A DNA stretch of 64,000 nucleotides from Macrostomum lignano (GCA_002269645.1 NIVC01000591.1:186001-250000); one strand, 5' to 3'; shown: positions 20,167 through 32,885, counted from the stretch's first letter. Numbers and translations are program-made. Notes: generated by a model from the letters alone, not told the origin.

Positions 20167-23100
20167 TTAAAATTTTGAACTAAAACTTCTTAGCAACAGG
20201 CAGAGAAGCAGACCAACAGCAGCCAAGCTGTGTACAGCTAGCAGCAACCTGTTGGCATGGCGACCAATCACAGACGACTTCAATCTGTTTATTGCTGGCA
20301 GCTGCGAGGCCAGGGTTGACAAGTCGGACTCGAAAGCCAAGCAGGCCGTCACCACCAGGAGAAAAGCGTTGGCACCCATGGTCAGGTGGCACAGCTGACT
20401 GGATGGTCGGTGGTCACCGGTGAAGGCCTGAGATGGGAGAGGGACAGTGACGTCATAGATGGAAGATGAGATATTTCGATAAGGTTCTATTGAAAGCGAC
20501 TCAACAGGGGCTTTTTAGAAACTGAGTTTTTTGTGGACATTCTTAGAAATCAGTAGACCTATGATAATTCTTAGAAATCAGTAGACCTATAATGATTCTC
20601 TAAATGAAAGTAGGATATATTTTTCTAGAAACAGATTTACCAGAAAGCTAATCGTGTTTATTAGAACACATATTTTAAAGTTATTAATTGATTTAAAAGA
20701 TCGGATTATTGGTTAAATTTATTAGAAAATCAGGTCAGACACCACTCACCAAATTAGAGCAGCAGGTAACCACAAAAGCTCCAATCATCACCAGACGAAC
20801 TTGCCGACACGGCAGCAGCCAGCCAACAACTCCATGAACATCATCTTTCCCTCGAACGTATCTGCCGGCAAACACTAGACTAGAAGCAGCCCTCAATCCA
20901 ATGTTAACGCAGTTAGCCAGCACAAAACCTGCGCAAGCTAATTCCTCTCCAACGCCAAACAGAGCCGGGCCAATTCGACGTATTGCGGTGGTGGCAGCCA
21001 CCGCGGTAGCTAAGAAGGCTACGGAATACCCGACCAGTCTGCGGTTGTGCGAGTCCACCTGAGGGTATGTGCGTAGGCGGTTGCTAGCTGTTGCTCTTAT
21101 CAATAGTCTATGGCCCAAACCTAGGGTACATTAGCGCTGTCTGTTATATTGAGCTACCGCATCGCCCATCACACTGCTAAGCCAATTAAGAGTCAATTTG
21201 AGGCGTTTTTTTGTCTGCGACTCTAAAACGACTCTGGGGCCGTAGAGTCGTATTTGAGGCGTGCTGGAGTCGCTGTAGAATCACTGAGTTGCCTCTAAAG
21301 CGCATCTGCGTCAATTTATGACAACGGTCGGTAAACTCCGGCGCGCGAGCCACATGCGGCCCGTAAAGCTTCTCTATCCGGCCCTCGGATTCTTTGAAAC
21401 TTTACAGTAGCAATCTGGCCCGCTCAAGCAGTGTTGCCACCGACTCTTGGCTCGCAAAAATCGCATGGGAAATAAAAATCGCAACTGCTTTGAAATAAAA
21501 AACATTGTTTCGAGCATGATTATTACCCCCCAGAATCTCACGATTTTTACCCCCAGAATCTCACGATTCTTACCCCCAGAATCTCACGATTCTCACTCCC
21601 AGAATCTCACGATTCTTACCCCCAGAATCTCACGATTCTTATTCCCAGAATCTCACGATTCTCACTCCCAGAATCTCACGATTCTCACTCCCAGAATCTC
21701 ACGATTCTTACCCCCAGAATCTCACGATTCTTACCCCCAGAATCTCACGATTCTTACCCCCAGAATCTCACGATTCTTACCCCCAGAATCTCACGATTCT
21801 CACTCCCAGAATCTCACGATTCTTACCCCCAGAATCTCACGATTCTTACCCCCAGAATCTCACGATTCTTACCCCCAGAATCTCACGATTCTCACCCCCA
21901 GAATCTCACGATTCTCACCCCCAGAATCTCACGATTCTCACCCCCAGAATCTCACGATTCTGACCCCCAGAATCTCACGATTCTCACCCCAGAACAAAAA
22001 GTAGCTGATAATTGCTGAAAAGAACAAAAAATCGCTCAGTTATTTAAAATCGCCCAGCAATTAAAATTCGCTGGGGTGGCAACACTGCGGCTCAAGGTCT
22101 CTTCTCAACTCTCTTACCTCCTTTCTCCCCTCTTCTCTCCTTTCTCCTCACCAATTTAATCTCTCCTCTCCTCTCTTGCCCTCCCTCTTTTCTCTCGTCT
22201 CACATCTGCTCTTCTCTCTCTGATGTATTCCCTCTCCTCTGCTGTTTCATCTGGCCCTTGAGGTAAGAGGCAGTTACGCCCGTATAACAACTCTATTTAG
22301 TCTATATGAGTTATTAAAAAGTTGAGCGCTAAAAAATGACTCTTGGGCGACTATTTTACAATTCTACAACTCAGACGATGCACTCGCGACTCAAAAGTTG
22401 CCTCTCTGTTGCATTACGCTCGTACAGTCGTTTGAGTCGTTAAAAAGTCACAAGAGTCGCCCCATGCAGAGTCGCTAGAGTAACTAGCGACTGTTTTGAA
22501 ATGACTCTTTAGCGATTCTTGTCACTTCAATGGAAAGAAGTTTTTAATGTGGGCCTTCAGCAATATAAAAATACGCTAAAGCCAAGTAACGCACCTCAAC
22601 TCTGGACATTGTAGCAAACATGAATGCCTCAGAAACGCCATTCCAAGCCAACAGCAGCACGTAGCAACTAAACAACCGAAGCAAATTCGGGCCCTCGCCT
22701 TCGCTCAAAGTGGCGCCGCTGTACAAATGAAGCAGCTGAGTGGAATAGGGCACGGAGAACAGAGCTACCGACCAGCCAATCAGGGACACTAATCTTAGCG
22801 CGCCACGCAAGTAGATCCCAGCCAGCGTGACCCGGTCCGGGTCCTGCTGCTCCGGCGATTGACCTCGACGCAGCGACTTGCCAAAGAAATGATAGGCGCC
22901 CTCTTCGACAGGCTGCAATAAAATTATTTGATGGTGTTGGCGCTGCTGATAGTAGTCGACAGTCACTGCCGAAAATCAAGGCGACAAGCAAGAAGACTCG
23001 CAACTTGCATTTTTAAAGAAGCTGTCACAAATTCCCTAACAATTTCGCTTTAGATTTTGGAATCGATGAATTGTTTCAATATGTTAAATATTGAATGTGA

Positions 23101-25361
23101 AAACTCAAATTCGAACTCAATACGCCGTCGTGACCTCTCCTCTCTATCACACTCTCTCTCTCTCTTTCTCATTAGATATGAGCGTCTCTCCCTCTCCCTC
23201 TCCCCATCTCAATCTCTCTCCTCTCTCTCCTTTGTTCTCTCTCTCATCTCTCAATCTCTCTCCTCTCTCCCTTGTTCTCTCGCTATCTCTCCCTCTCCCA
23301 GATCTCAATCTCTCATCTCTCAATCTCTCTCCTCTCTCCCTCTCCCCGATTTCAATCTCTCATCTCTCAATCTCTCTCCTCTCTCCCTCTCCCCGATTTC
23401 AATCTCTCATCTCTCAATCTCTCTCTCCTCTCTCCCTTGTTCTCTCTCTATCTCTCCCTCTCCCAGATCTCAATCTCTCATCTCTCAATCTCTCTCCTCT
23501 CTCCCTCTCCCCGATTTCAATCTCTCATCTCTCAATCTCTTTCCTCTCTCTCTATCTCTCCCTCTCCCCGATCTCAATCTCTCATCTCTCAATCTCTCTC
23601 CTCTCTCCCTCTCCCCGATTTCAATCTCTCATCTCTCAATCTCTTTCCTCTCTCTCTATCTCTCCCTCTCCCCGATCTCAATCTCTCATCTCTCAATCTC
23701 TCTCCTCTCTCCCTCTCCCCGATTTCAATCTCTCATCTCTCAATCTCTCTCCTCTCTCCCTCTCCCCGATTTCAATCTCTCATCTCTCAATCTCTCTCCT
23801 CTCTCCCTCTCCCCGATTTCAATCTCTCATCTCTCAATCTCTCTCCTCTCTCCCTCTCCCAGATCTTAATCTCTCATCTCTCAATCTCTCTCCTCTCTCC
23901 CTCTCCCCGATTTCAATCTCTCATCTCTCAATCTCTCTCCTCTCTCCCTCTCCCAGATCTTAATCTCTCATCTCTCAATCTCTCTCCTCTCTCCCTCTCC
24001 CCGATTTCAATCTCTCATCTCTCAATCTCTCTCCTCTCTCCCTCTCCCCGATTTCAATCTCTCATCTCTCAATCTCTTTCCTCTCTCCCTATCTCTCCCT
24101 CACCCCAATCTCAATCTCTCATCTCTCAATCTCTCTCCTCTCTCCCTCTCCACGATCTCAATCTCTCGTCTCTCAATCTCTCTCTTCTCTCTCTATCTCT
24201 CCCTCTCCCCGATCTCAATCTCTCATCTCTCAATCTCTCTCCTCTCTCCCTCGTTCTCTCTCTCTTCCTTTATCTCGCTCGCACACCCAGTACCAGTGGC
24301 TAACTGTATCTGTGGCCAACTTATTTTATTGTCAGGAAAATGCACGACACGGCAGATTCTTCACTCAACGGTCAATGGCCAGCAGCTTAAACTCTCACCT
24401 GAAACAGCAGTCGTGCAGCCAAGGACCCCAAATTGGACACACTATCCAGTAGTCCTTGCTCGGCCAGACTTAACAAATTAGTAAACGTCAACACGTACTT
24501 TTCACCCTCTGTTAGCAACTGTTTCACCGCGCATTGGCCTAGAAAAGATCGCACTAACGCCGTCTGAGCCGGGTCCAACGGTTCGGAGTTCGAATTTGGC
24601 GAAGCCGTTTCAATCGAAGACGCCGAACCAACCGTGAGTGCCGATCTGGCAAAATGCCAAGGCAAACGGAGCAGATTAGGCGACACAAGAGGCACCCCAA
24701 GCAAGCCGGCAAGACGTCTCTCTCCGCCCTCGGCACCCGGCCGAATCATCCTTCGAGCGCCTGCCCACATCACCGCCAGCAACACGCAGCCATAGATCAG
24801 CTGACCAACTGAATAGACCCTGATTGACCAATCTGGCGAGTGGGACAATGTCACGCCCACGCCGACAAAGACGCACCTGGCTAACTGGGCCCAGCCCTCA
24901 GCAGCTACGCGTCTACCCATCACCAAGTGAATCTGTAACAGAATCTGTAACGGCTCTGTTAACAGTTCGACCATAGCTGACCCGGCGTACAGACACACTT
25001 CCATAGTTGGCAGAGACAAAGACCACAGCGGGATCAAGACTACAGACCAGGCTAAACCGAACCAAGGTGCCAGCCAGAGTAAATCTATCAACGAGCGCAA
25101 TTGACTTTGAGTACTTGGAGCGCTGACGCAGGCCTTGCGAAACGGTTCCCTGGCAAAGAATGTCACAGTGGAATACAGCAATGTCAGCTGAGCCGCCTGG
25201 CCCAGTACCGACTTGGTCACGTGACGCAATACCCATGCATTCAAAATGAAGGTTGACAATCGGAATAAGGCATTCAGCGCGGCATTGAACACGGTGTGCT
25301 GCAAGGCTGAACTGAACAAGTTGCTGGTAGGGGAGGAGGCTGTAAACTCGGCTGGCTTCAT
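20167..25361 (-). CDS. RFT1: Protein RFT1 homolog (Man5GlcNAc2-PP-dolichol translocation)
   Basis: Exons 25361-24399, 22912-22595, 21058-20750, 20427-20167, all phase 0 with GT-AG. Motifs LFRLSTFILNAWVLR, LTLLYST.FFAREPFRKAC, KQLLTEGEKYV, NLGSLAARLLFQPVEE, LLLAWNGVSEAF, GFVLANCVN. Confidence 0.93.
21322..22284. mobile_element. hAT/Charlie-like MITE in RFT1 intron 2, hosting a nested MITE
   Basis: Left end CAACGGTCGGTAAACTCCGGCGCGCGAGCC (homologous to 3036). Right end TCTGGCCCTTGAG...AGTTACGCCCGT is a degenerate inverted match. No TSD found. Confidence 0.45.
21429..22087. mobile_element. MITE with CAGTGTTGCCACC TIRs (hAT-like) and an internal 23-bp array
   Basis: Perfect 13-bp TIRs CAGTGTTGCCACC / GGTGGCAACACTG; flanks CCGCTCAAG / CGGCTCAAG (9 bp, 1 mismatch). 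About 20 copies of CCCCCAGAATCTCACGATTCTTA at 21527-21992. Confidence 0.8.
23130..24275. repeat. CT-rich compound minisatellite in RFT1 intron 1
   Basis: Repeating CCGATTTCAATCTCTCATCTCTCAATCTCTCTCCTCTCTCCCTCT; source of the S/L-rich ORFs 23057-24303. Confidence 0.95.
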
Positions 25362-25502
25362 CTTGCGCTTGCTTGGTGCAACTGTATTTAGTTACAGTAA
25401 TAGAAGCCGTGCTTTTGACAATTGAACTGTTTTCAATTGCATCATGCAATAAATTTATGAGTTCATTGTCTTTCAATTACAATGCTTTTTTTGGCCGACA
25501 AG

Positions 25503-26320
25503 CTTGAGGATCTGAGAGGCTGGCCCAGCGACTGGATATCTGGGAGGCTGGCCCAGCAACTGAGGATCTGGGAGGCTGGCCCAGCGACTGGATATCTGGG
25601 AGGCTGGCCCAGCAACTGAGGATCTGGGAGGCTGGCCCAGCGACTGGATATCTGGGAGGCTGACCCAGCAACTGAGGATCTGGGAGGCTGGCCCAGCGAC
25701 TGAGGATCTGGGAGGCTGGCTCAGCAACTGAGGATCTGGGAGGCTGGCCCAGCGACTGAGGATCTGGGAGGCTGGCCCAGAACTGAGGATCTGGGAGGCT
25801 GGCCCAGAACTGAGGATCTGGGAGGCTGGCTCAGCAACTGAGAAACTGGGAAGTTGGCACAGCAACTGAGGAACTGGGAAGCTGGCACAGCAACTGAGGA
25901 TCTGGGAGGCTGGCCCAGCGACTGGGGATCTGGGAGGCTGGCCCAGCAACTGAGGATCTGGGAGGCTGGCCCAGCAACTGAGGATCTGGGAGGCTGGCCC
26001 AGCAACTGAGGAACTGGGAGGCTGGCCCAGCAACTGAGGTTCTGGGAGGCTGGCCCAGCGACTGGGGATCTGGGAGGCTGGCCCAGCGACTGAGGATCTG
26101 GGAGGCTGGCCCAGCAACTGAGGATCTGGGAGGCTGGCCCAGCAACTGAGGATCTGGGAGGCTGGCCCAGCAACTGAGGATTTGGGAGGCTGGCCCAGCG
26201 ACTGGGGATCTGGGAGGCTGGCCCAGCGACTGAGGATCTGGGAGGCTGGCCCAGCAACTGAGGATCTGGGAGGCTGGCCCAGCAACTGAGGATTTGGGAG
26301 GCTGGCCCAACAACTAAGGA
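25503..26320. repeat. 28-bp minisatellite ACTGAGGATCTGGGAGGCTGGCCCAGCA, array 1, upstream of RFT1
   Basis: About 29 units; bracketed on the minus strand by GTCAGT (26338) and TACAG (25382). Confidence 0.95.
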
Positions 26321-26795
26321 TCAGGGAAGCTGACTGACCTTCAGTAAAACTGATCAACTAAACTATTGATAGTTTAATTATTTGATAGAGTAATCCAAAA
26401 AACTGACACTGATGCATATCTATTATCTATTAATATATATTCTTATCAAAGACACATGTGAAGTTACACTGAGGAAGGAAACGCATCAATAATAACAGAG
26501 AATGTAATGAAAACTGTAAGCACCAAAAGAACTAGGTAAAAATGTATAAAATCAATAACTAATTTAAAAGACTAAATATAGCCAATCTGCCACCAAATTA
26601 TTTTAAAAAATCATGGAAAAATCTAGGAAGTTACTTCATTGTCCAATACTGAGATTCTTACAAGATCTATAAAAAAATGACTAGCGGATTCTACAACACA
26701 CCAAAGCCAGAGAAATGAATAAATAAATTTGACTTTTGTTAGCAGTCTAAATTGAAGCAATTCGCCAAACAAACAATTCAGTTATACTGCATCAA

Positions 26796-28583
26796 TTAGG
26801 CAGATGAAGATGCGACTCGACTTTCAATGATGGATTTCAACGCTTGTCCATCATTCTCGGTGTGCAGCGTCCAGATGCAGGTCTGGCCAACTCCGGTCAT
26901 GGCCGACACCCGGTAGCCCAGCAGGTGCAGGCGGTCCAGCACTTGGCGGGGGCACATCAGGGTTGTCCATTGGTAGCTGCGGTGGTGTATGGGGGCTTTG
27001 GTTAAGGCTTTTAGAATTCCTCAGCAACTGAGGATTAGTACCTGCAGTTGAGGATCTGGGATCTGTACATATGAGGATCTGGGAGGCTGGCCGAGCAACT
27101 GACACTCTGGGAGGCTGGCCGAGCAACTGACACTCTGGGAGGCTGGCTCAGAAACTGACACTCTGGGAGGCTGGCCCAGAAACTGACACTCTGGGAGGCT
27201 GGCCGAGCAACTGACACTCTAAGAGGCTGGCCCAGCAACTGGGAATCTGGGAGGCTGGCACAGCAAATGGGGATCTGGGAGGCTGGCCAAGCAACTGGGG
27301 ATCTGGGAGGCTGGCCCAGCAACTGGGGATTTGGGAGGCTGGCACAGCAACTGGGGATCTGGGAGGCTGGCCCAGCAACTGGGGATCTGGGAGGCTGGCC
27401 CAGCAACTGGGGATCTGGGAGGCTGGCCCAGCAACTGGGGATCTGGGAGGCTGGCCCAGCGACTGGGGATCTGGGAGGCTGGCACAGCAACTGAGGATCT
27501 GGGAGGCTGGCCCAGAAACTGGGGATCTGGGAGGCTGGCCCAGCAACTAGGGATCTGGGAGGCTGGCCCAGCAACTGGGGATCTGGGAGGCGGGCCAGCA
27601 ACTGGGGATCTGGGAGGCTGGCACAGCAACTGAGGATCTGGGAGGCTGGCCCAGAAACTGGGGATCTGGGAGGCTGGCCCAGAAACTGGGGATCTGGGAG
27701 GCTGGCTCAGCAACTGGGGATCTGGGAGGCTGGCACAGCAACTGAGGATCTGGGAGGCTGGCCCAGCAACAGGGGATCTGGGAGGCTGGCTCAGCAACTG
27801 GGGATTTGGGAAGCTGACCCAGCAACTGAGGATCTGGGAGGCTGGCAAAGCAACTGGGGATCTGGGAGGCTGGCAAAGCAACTGGGGATCTGGGAGGCTG
27901 GCAAAGAAACTGGGGATCTGGGAGGCTGGCTCAGCAACTGGGGATTTCGGAAGCTGACCCAGCAACTGAGTATCTGGGAAGCTGACCCAGCAACTGAGGA
28001 TCTGGGAGGCTGGCAAAGCAACTGGGGATCTGGGAGGCTGGCAAAGCAACTGGGGATCTGGGAGGCTGGCAAAGCAACTGGGGATCTGGGAGGCTGGCAA
28101 AGCAACTGGGGATCTGGGAGGCTGGCAAAGCAACTGGGGATCTTGGAGGCTGGCAAAGCAACTGGGGATCTGGGAGGCTGGCCCAGCAACTGAGAATCTG
28201 GGAGGCTGGCCCAGCAACTGGGGATTTGGGAGACTGGCACAGCAACTGGGGATTTGGGAGACTGGCACAGCAACTGGGGATTTGGGAGTTAGGTTTTGAT
28301 TAAGGATTAATGCCTGCACTGCCCAAGACAAAACAATAAAAACGGCTCACAAGTTATTGCCATCCTTCTTCTCCTTTTTGGCCCCCAAGAACTGCATGAG
28401 CACAGGGTCGCTCCACTCGTCCCCAACAAGAGTGGGTCCGCTTTCCTAACAAAGTGAACGCAAATTTTTCATATATGAATCAATCTCTGTATCAAATTCT
28501 CAGCAGCATTAAAATACTTCAATCATGGCAAACTATTAAGAACTTACCAGACGAACTTGACAGCTAATTAACAGGTAGGACAT
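26796..28583 (-). CDS. GCHFR: GTP cyclohydrolase I feedback regulatory protein (~103 aa)
   Basis: Exons 28583-28548 (MSYLLISCQVRL), 28445-28351 (ESGPTLVGDEWSDPVLMQFLGAKKEKKDGNN) and 26976-26796 (FYQWTTLMCPRQVLDRLHLLGYRVSAMTGVGQTCIWTLHTE + 19-aa tail). Canonical splice sites; hallmark MTGVGQT..W.LH motif. Confidence 0.95.
27040..28290. repeat. 28-bp minisatellite, array 2 (same family as 25503-26320), GCHFR intron 2
   Basis: ACTGGGGATCTGGGAGGCTGGC(C/A)(C/A)AGCA units. Confidence 0.95.
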
Positions 28584-28621
28584 TTTTAATTTATGACTTT
28601 AAAACTTGACAGGTGAAGTAT

Positions 28622-28834
28622 CTGAAACAATTAGAAATTATTATAACTGAAACTTGCGAACAATAATAATTTATAATTTTACTAAGTCAAACTCAGACAA
28701 AGTCAGACGAAAATTAGAATTAAAAGTAAAAAAATAATGCCAAAATTAGTTAATTACTTTTAATTATTACAATTATAAATAAACAAAACTGTCAATAAAA
28801 TCTTTTCTAAATCAAGCTAGTATATTGATTTATT
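28622..28834 (-). promoter_or_regulatory. Putative inter-cistronic region: poly(A) signal, U-rich tract, then splice acceptor
   Basis: On the minus strand: AATAAA at 28834-28829 after the MPST stop, ~200 nt of U-rich sequence, then TTCTAATTGTTTCAG (AG at 28623-28622) about 38 nt upstream of the GCHFR ATG. Confidence 0.5.
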
Positions 28835-28952
28835 AGTAGAGCACAACACAACAACCAGTATTAATCAACGAATCATTTCATGAAATTTCTTGCACAGCAA
28901 CAAAATAATGACATTAGAAAATGGGATATCCGGGATGTCAAATCAAGTCAAA

Positions 28953-31900
28953 TCAAGCGCCTCGCTCAGGTCCGGAGCCCACGGCTTTCAGATCCGATGG
29001 TCCCCTGGTAGCGAACTCCTCCCAGCTGCCATCGTAGACAGCTGCATCGGAGTTGCCAAGCACGTGAGCAGCCAGAGCCACGTGACAGGCCGTGATACCC
29101 GAGCCGCAGGTGGTCACCAATGGCCGGCTGGGGTCCAACCCGCTGGCTAAGAATTTCTTTCTAAGCTGATCCTCGGTGAGCATCCGGCCGCTCTCGGAGT
29201 CGTACAGGCTGCGGAAGAACAGGTTGGCTGCGCCTAGCGGGTGGCCAGCGGGGAGGCCGGCTCGGGGCTCCGGCTCCTCTCCGCGGAATCTCGCTGGGGA
29301 GCGGGCGTCCGCCACCTGCGGAGTGGTGGGGACGGGTGGGAGATAAGGCTGCTGTGTCCGGCTTGCTGGCTCTGGGTTTATCGATTTTTTTTCTTGCACA
29401 TCTACTGACCGGCCTACCCACTGTAGCTCGTGTCTATCTACCCCTTCTATCGTGTGTCTATCTACCATCTCTATCCCGTGCCTATCTACCCCTTCTATCG
29501 TGTGTCTATCTACCATCACTATCCCGTGTCTATCTACCATCTCTATCCCGTGTATATCTACTCCTTCTATCGTGTGTTTATCTACCAACTCTATCCCGTG
29601 TCTATCTACCCCTTCTATCGTGTGTCTATCTACCATCTCTATCCCGTGTCTATCTACCCCTTCTATCGTGTGTCTATCTACCATCTCTATCCCGTGCCTA
29701 TCTACCCCTTCTATCGTGTGTCTATCTACCATCTCTATCCCGTGTCTATCTACCATCTCTATCCCGTGTATATCTACTCCTTCTATCGTGTGTTTATCTA
29801 CCAACTCTATCCCGTGTCTATCTACCATCTCTATCCCGTGTATATCTACTCCTTCTATCGTGTGTCTATCTACCATCTCTATCCCGTGTCTATCTACCCC
29901 TTCTATCGTGTGTCTATCTACCATCTCTATCCCGTGTCTATCTACCCCTTCTATCGTGTGTCTATCTACCATCTCTATCCCGTGTCTATCTACCCCTTCT
30001 ATCGTGTGTCTATCTACCATCTCTATCCCGTGTCTATCTACCCCTTCTATCGTGTGTCTATCTACCATCTCTATCCCGTGTCTATCTACCATCTCTATCC
30101 CGTGTCTATCTACCATCTCTATCCCGTGTCTATCTACCATCTCTATCCCGTGTCCATCTACCCCTTCTATCGTGTGTCCATCTACCATCTCTACTCTATC
30201 TACCATCCCTATCCCGTGTCTATCTACCATCTCTATCCCGTGTATATCTACTCCTTCTATCGTGTGTCTATCTACCATCTCTATCCCGTGTCTATCTACC
30301 ATCTCTATCCCGTGTCTATCTACCCCTTCTATCGTGTGTCTATCTACCATCTCTATCCCGTGTCTATCTACCATCTCTATCCCGTGTCTATCTACCCCTT
30401 CTATCGTGTGTCCATCTACCATCTCTACTCTATCTACCATCCCTATCCCGTGTCTATCTACCATCTCTATCCCGTGTATATCTACCCCTTCTATCGTGTG
30501 TCTATCTACCATCTCTATCCCGTGTCTATCTACCCCTTCTATCGTGTGTCTATCTACCATCTCTATCCCGTGTCTATCTACCCCTTCTATCGTGTGTCTA
30601 TCTACCATCTCTATCCCGTGTCTATCTACCCCTTCTATCGTGTGTCTATCTACCATCTCTATCCCGTGTCTATCTACCATCTCTATCCCGTGTCTATCTA
30701 CCCCTTCTATCGTGTGTCCATCTACCATCTCTACTCTATCTACCATCCCTATCCCGTGTCTATCTACCATCTCTATCCCGTGTATATCTACTCCTTCTAT
30801 CGTGTGTCTATCTACCATCTCTATCCCGTGTCTATCTACCATCTCTATCCCGTGTCTATCTACCCCTTCTATCGTGTGTCTATCTACCATCTCTATTCCG
30901 TGTCTATCTACTCCTTTTATCGTGTGTCTATCTACCATCCCTATCCCGTGTCTATCTACCATCTCTATCCCGTGTCTATCTACTCCTTCTATCGTGTGTC
31001 TATCTACCATCTCTATCCCGTGTCTATCTACCATCTCTATCCCGTGTCTATCTACCCCTTCTATCGTGTGTCTATCTACCATCTCTATTCCGTGTCTATC
31101 TACCCCTTCTATCGTGTGTCCATCTACCATCTCTACTCTATCTACCATCCCTATCCCGTGTCTATCTACCATCTCTATCCCGTGTATATCTACTCCTTCT
31201 ATCGTGTGTCTATCTACCATCTCTATCCCGTGTCTATCTACCCCTTCTATCGTGTGTCTATCTGCCATCTCTATCCCGTGTCTATCTACCCCTTCTATCG
31301 TGTGTCTGTCTACCATCTCTACTCTATCTACCATCCCTATCCCGTGTCTATCTACCATCTCTATCCCGTGTCTATCTACTCCTTTTATCGTGTGTCTATC
31401 TACTACTCTCTATCCCGTGCCTATTAACCATCTCTAGTCTATCTATCATCTCTATCCCGTGTCTATCTACCATCTAACCATTTTATCTCCTATCTAGCCT
31501 GCATATATCTAGCTAATCTAATACCAAATCTAATCTTTTGAGTCACACAGTTCGACTGTAGCATATCTATCAGCACCGTGTACATCTCCCGTACCCAATT
31601 TACGCCATGCACCTTATTTTCCTCACCTGCACAGACGCAGACTGCAACGCCTTGCAAAACTCTTCAAAAGACCGATACAGAGCACTTTTCTTATCTTCGC
31701 TAGCTTGAAATTCAACCGACTGATAAACGGTTTTTAATGGGCCGCTGGTCACTCGCCGACCCTCGGCAACCCAGGCAGCCAGGCCTCCATCTAACACGCT
31801 GACAGCCTCGTGGCCAAACATGCGAAACATCCACCAGACCCTTGGCGCAAACATGCAATTATCGTAGACAATAACATGGCTATCATTGCCGATACCCAGG

Positions 31901-32157
31901 CGTTTGCCAACGTACTCGGCAAACTGAGCAGAGCTGGGCAAAGTGTTTGAGAAGCCAGTTTCTCTGGCGCTGCATTCTGGCACGCTGAAATGTCTGGCAC
32001 CGGGAATTCTTGGCGCCGCGGCGAATGAGGTTTCCACTGGGGCCGGGTAGCCGCCGGCATCAAGTATTCGAATTTTGTTATTAGCGGCATTGGATAGTCT
32101 GCTGGCCAGCCATGAACTGCTGACCAGAGCTGGGGTGACCGCCTGTCTGACTGCCAT
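28953..32157 (-). CDS. MPST: 3-mercaptopyruvate sulfurtransferase (two-domain rhodanese, 297 aa)
   Basis: Exons 32157-31627 and 29315-28953, joined Q|VADARS. Motifs PRIPGARHF, HVIVYD, APRVWWMFRMFGH..VSVLDGGL, active-site CGSGITAC (MPST-type) and VYDGSWEE. Confidence 0.92.
29425..31475. repeat. ~2-kb compound minisatellite (GTGTCTATCTACCATCTCTATCCC / CCCCTTCTATCGT) in the MPST intron
   Basis: Alternating related units; source of the 660-800-aa repeat ORFs. Confidence 0.97.
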
Positions 32158-32885
32158 GAAGTTATTAACAGACTTTACTACTGAAGGTGATATATAATGA
32201 AGATAATTTTTTGCAAATATTTATTCAATAAAACATTAAACTATCACTGAGATATCTAGACTTATGGGGGAATTGCTGAGATGGTAAGGATCATTTGGAA
32301 GTTGTTGGTAGGCAAAGCCAAAGTTAGATCACAGGACAGTTGGGGTTAAGGCATGAGTTAATGCATGCCTCACAAGTAGGGCACTGATTGCTGGTAGTAA
32401 CAAGTAAAATTTAAATGCAGGTTATGAAACCCAATAATCCTATTAGATTCTTATAGTCAGTTTTGAATTTTAAGTTTATTATAAAACAATATAAATTAAA
32501 AACAAATTTGTTTTAAAATGGTAGTGTTAATAAGTAAGAGAGTTGATCCTTTGGAAAAAATTGCCTTGCTAATGATAATGACTATTATAGCAACAATAAT
32601 ATTATAAATACATATTTATGAAAATAGCTAACTAAAAGGAATTTGACCCTCTATAATTATGAAGATATTGTGATAAAAAGCCATAGTTTTGCCTATAGTT
32701 GTCTAAAGGAGCCCACTAGATATTGCCAATGGAAATTAAATTTATAGGCCTACTAAGTACTATTAAGAAAGTAGACAAATAAAGATTTAAATTGTTAGAT
32801 TTCTTATATAACCAAAAATATTATCATTAAAAAAGGCAAGATAAAAGTTACATCTCTTTCACTTAAATTTAGGGAATACACTGAA

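Noticed and set aside
24913-25476. 187-aa ORF overlapping the RFT1 start
   Set aside because: Alternative frame of RFT1 exon 1 with no recognisable domain.
25473-28331. Proline-rich repeat ORFs (PASQILSCWASLPDPQ)
   Set aside because: Translations of the 28-bp satellite, open in many frames; the real gene here is GCHFR.
28953-31477. 660-800-aa repetitive ORFs in four frames, one fused to the rhodanese C-terminal domain
   Set aside because: They are translations of the MPST intronic minisatellite; clean splice sites at 31626 and 29316 give a normal 297-aa MPST.
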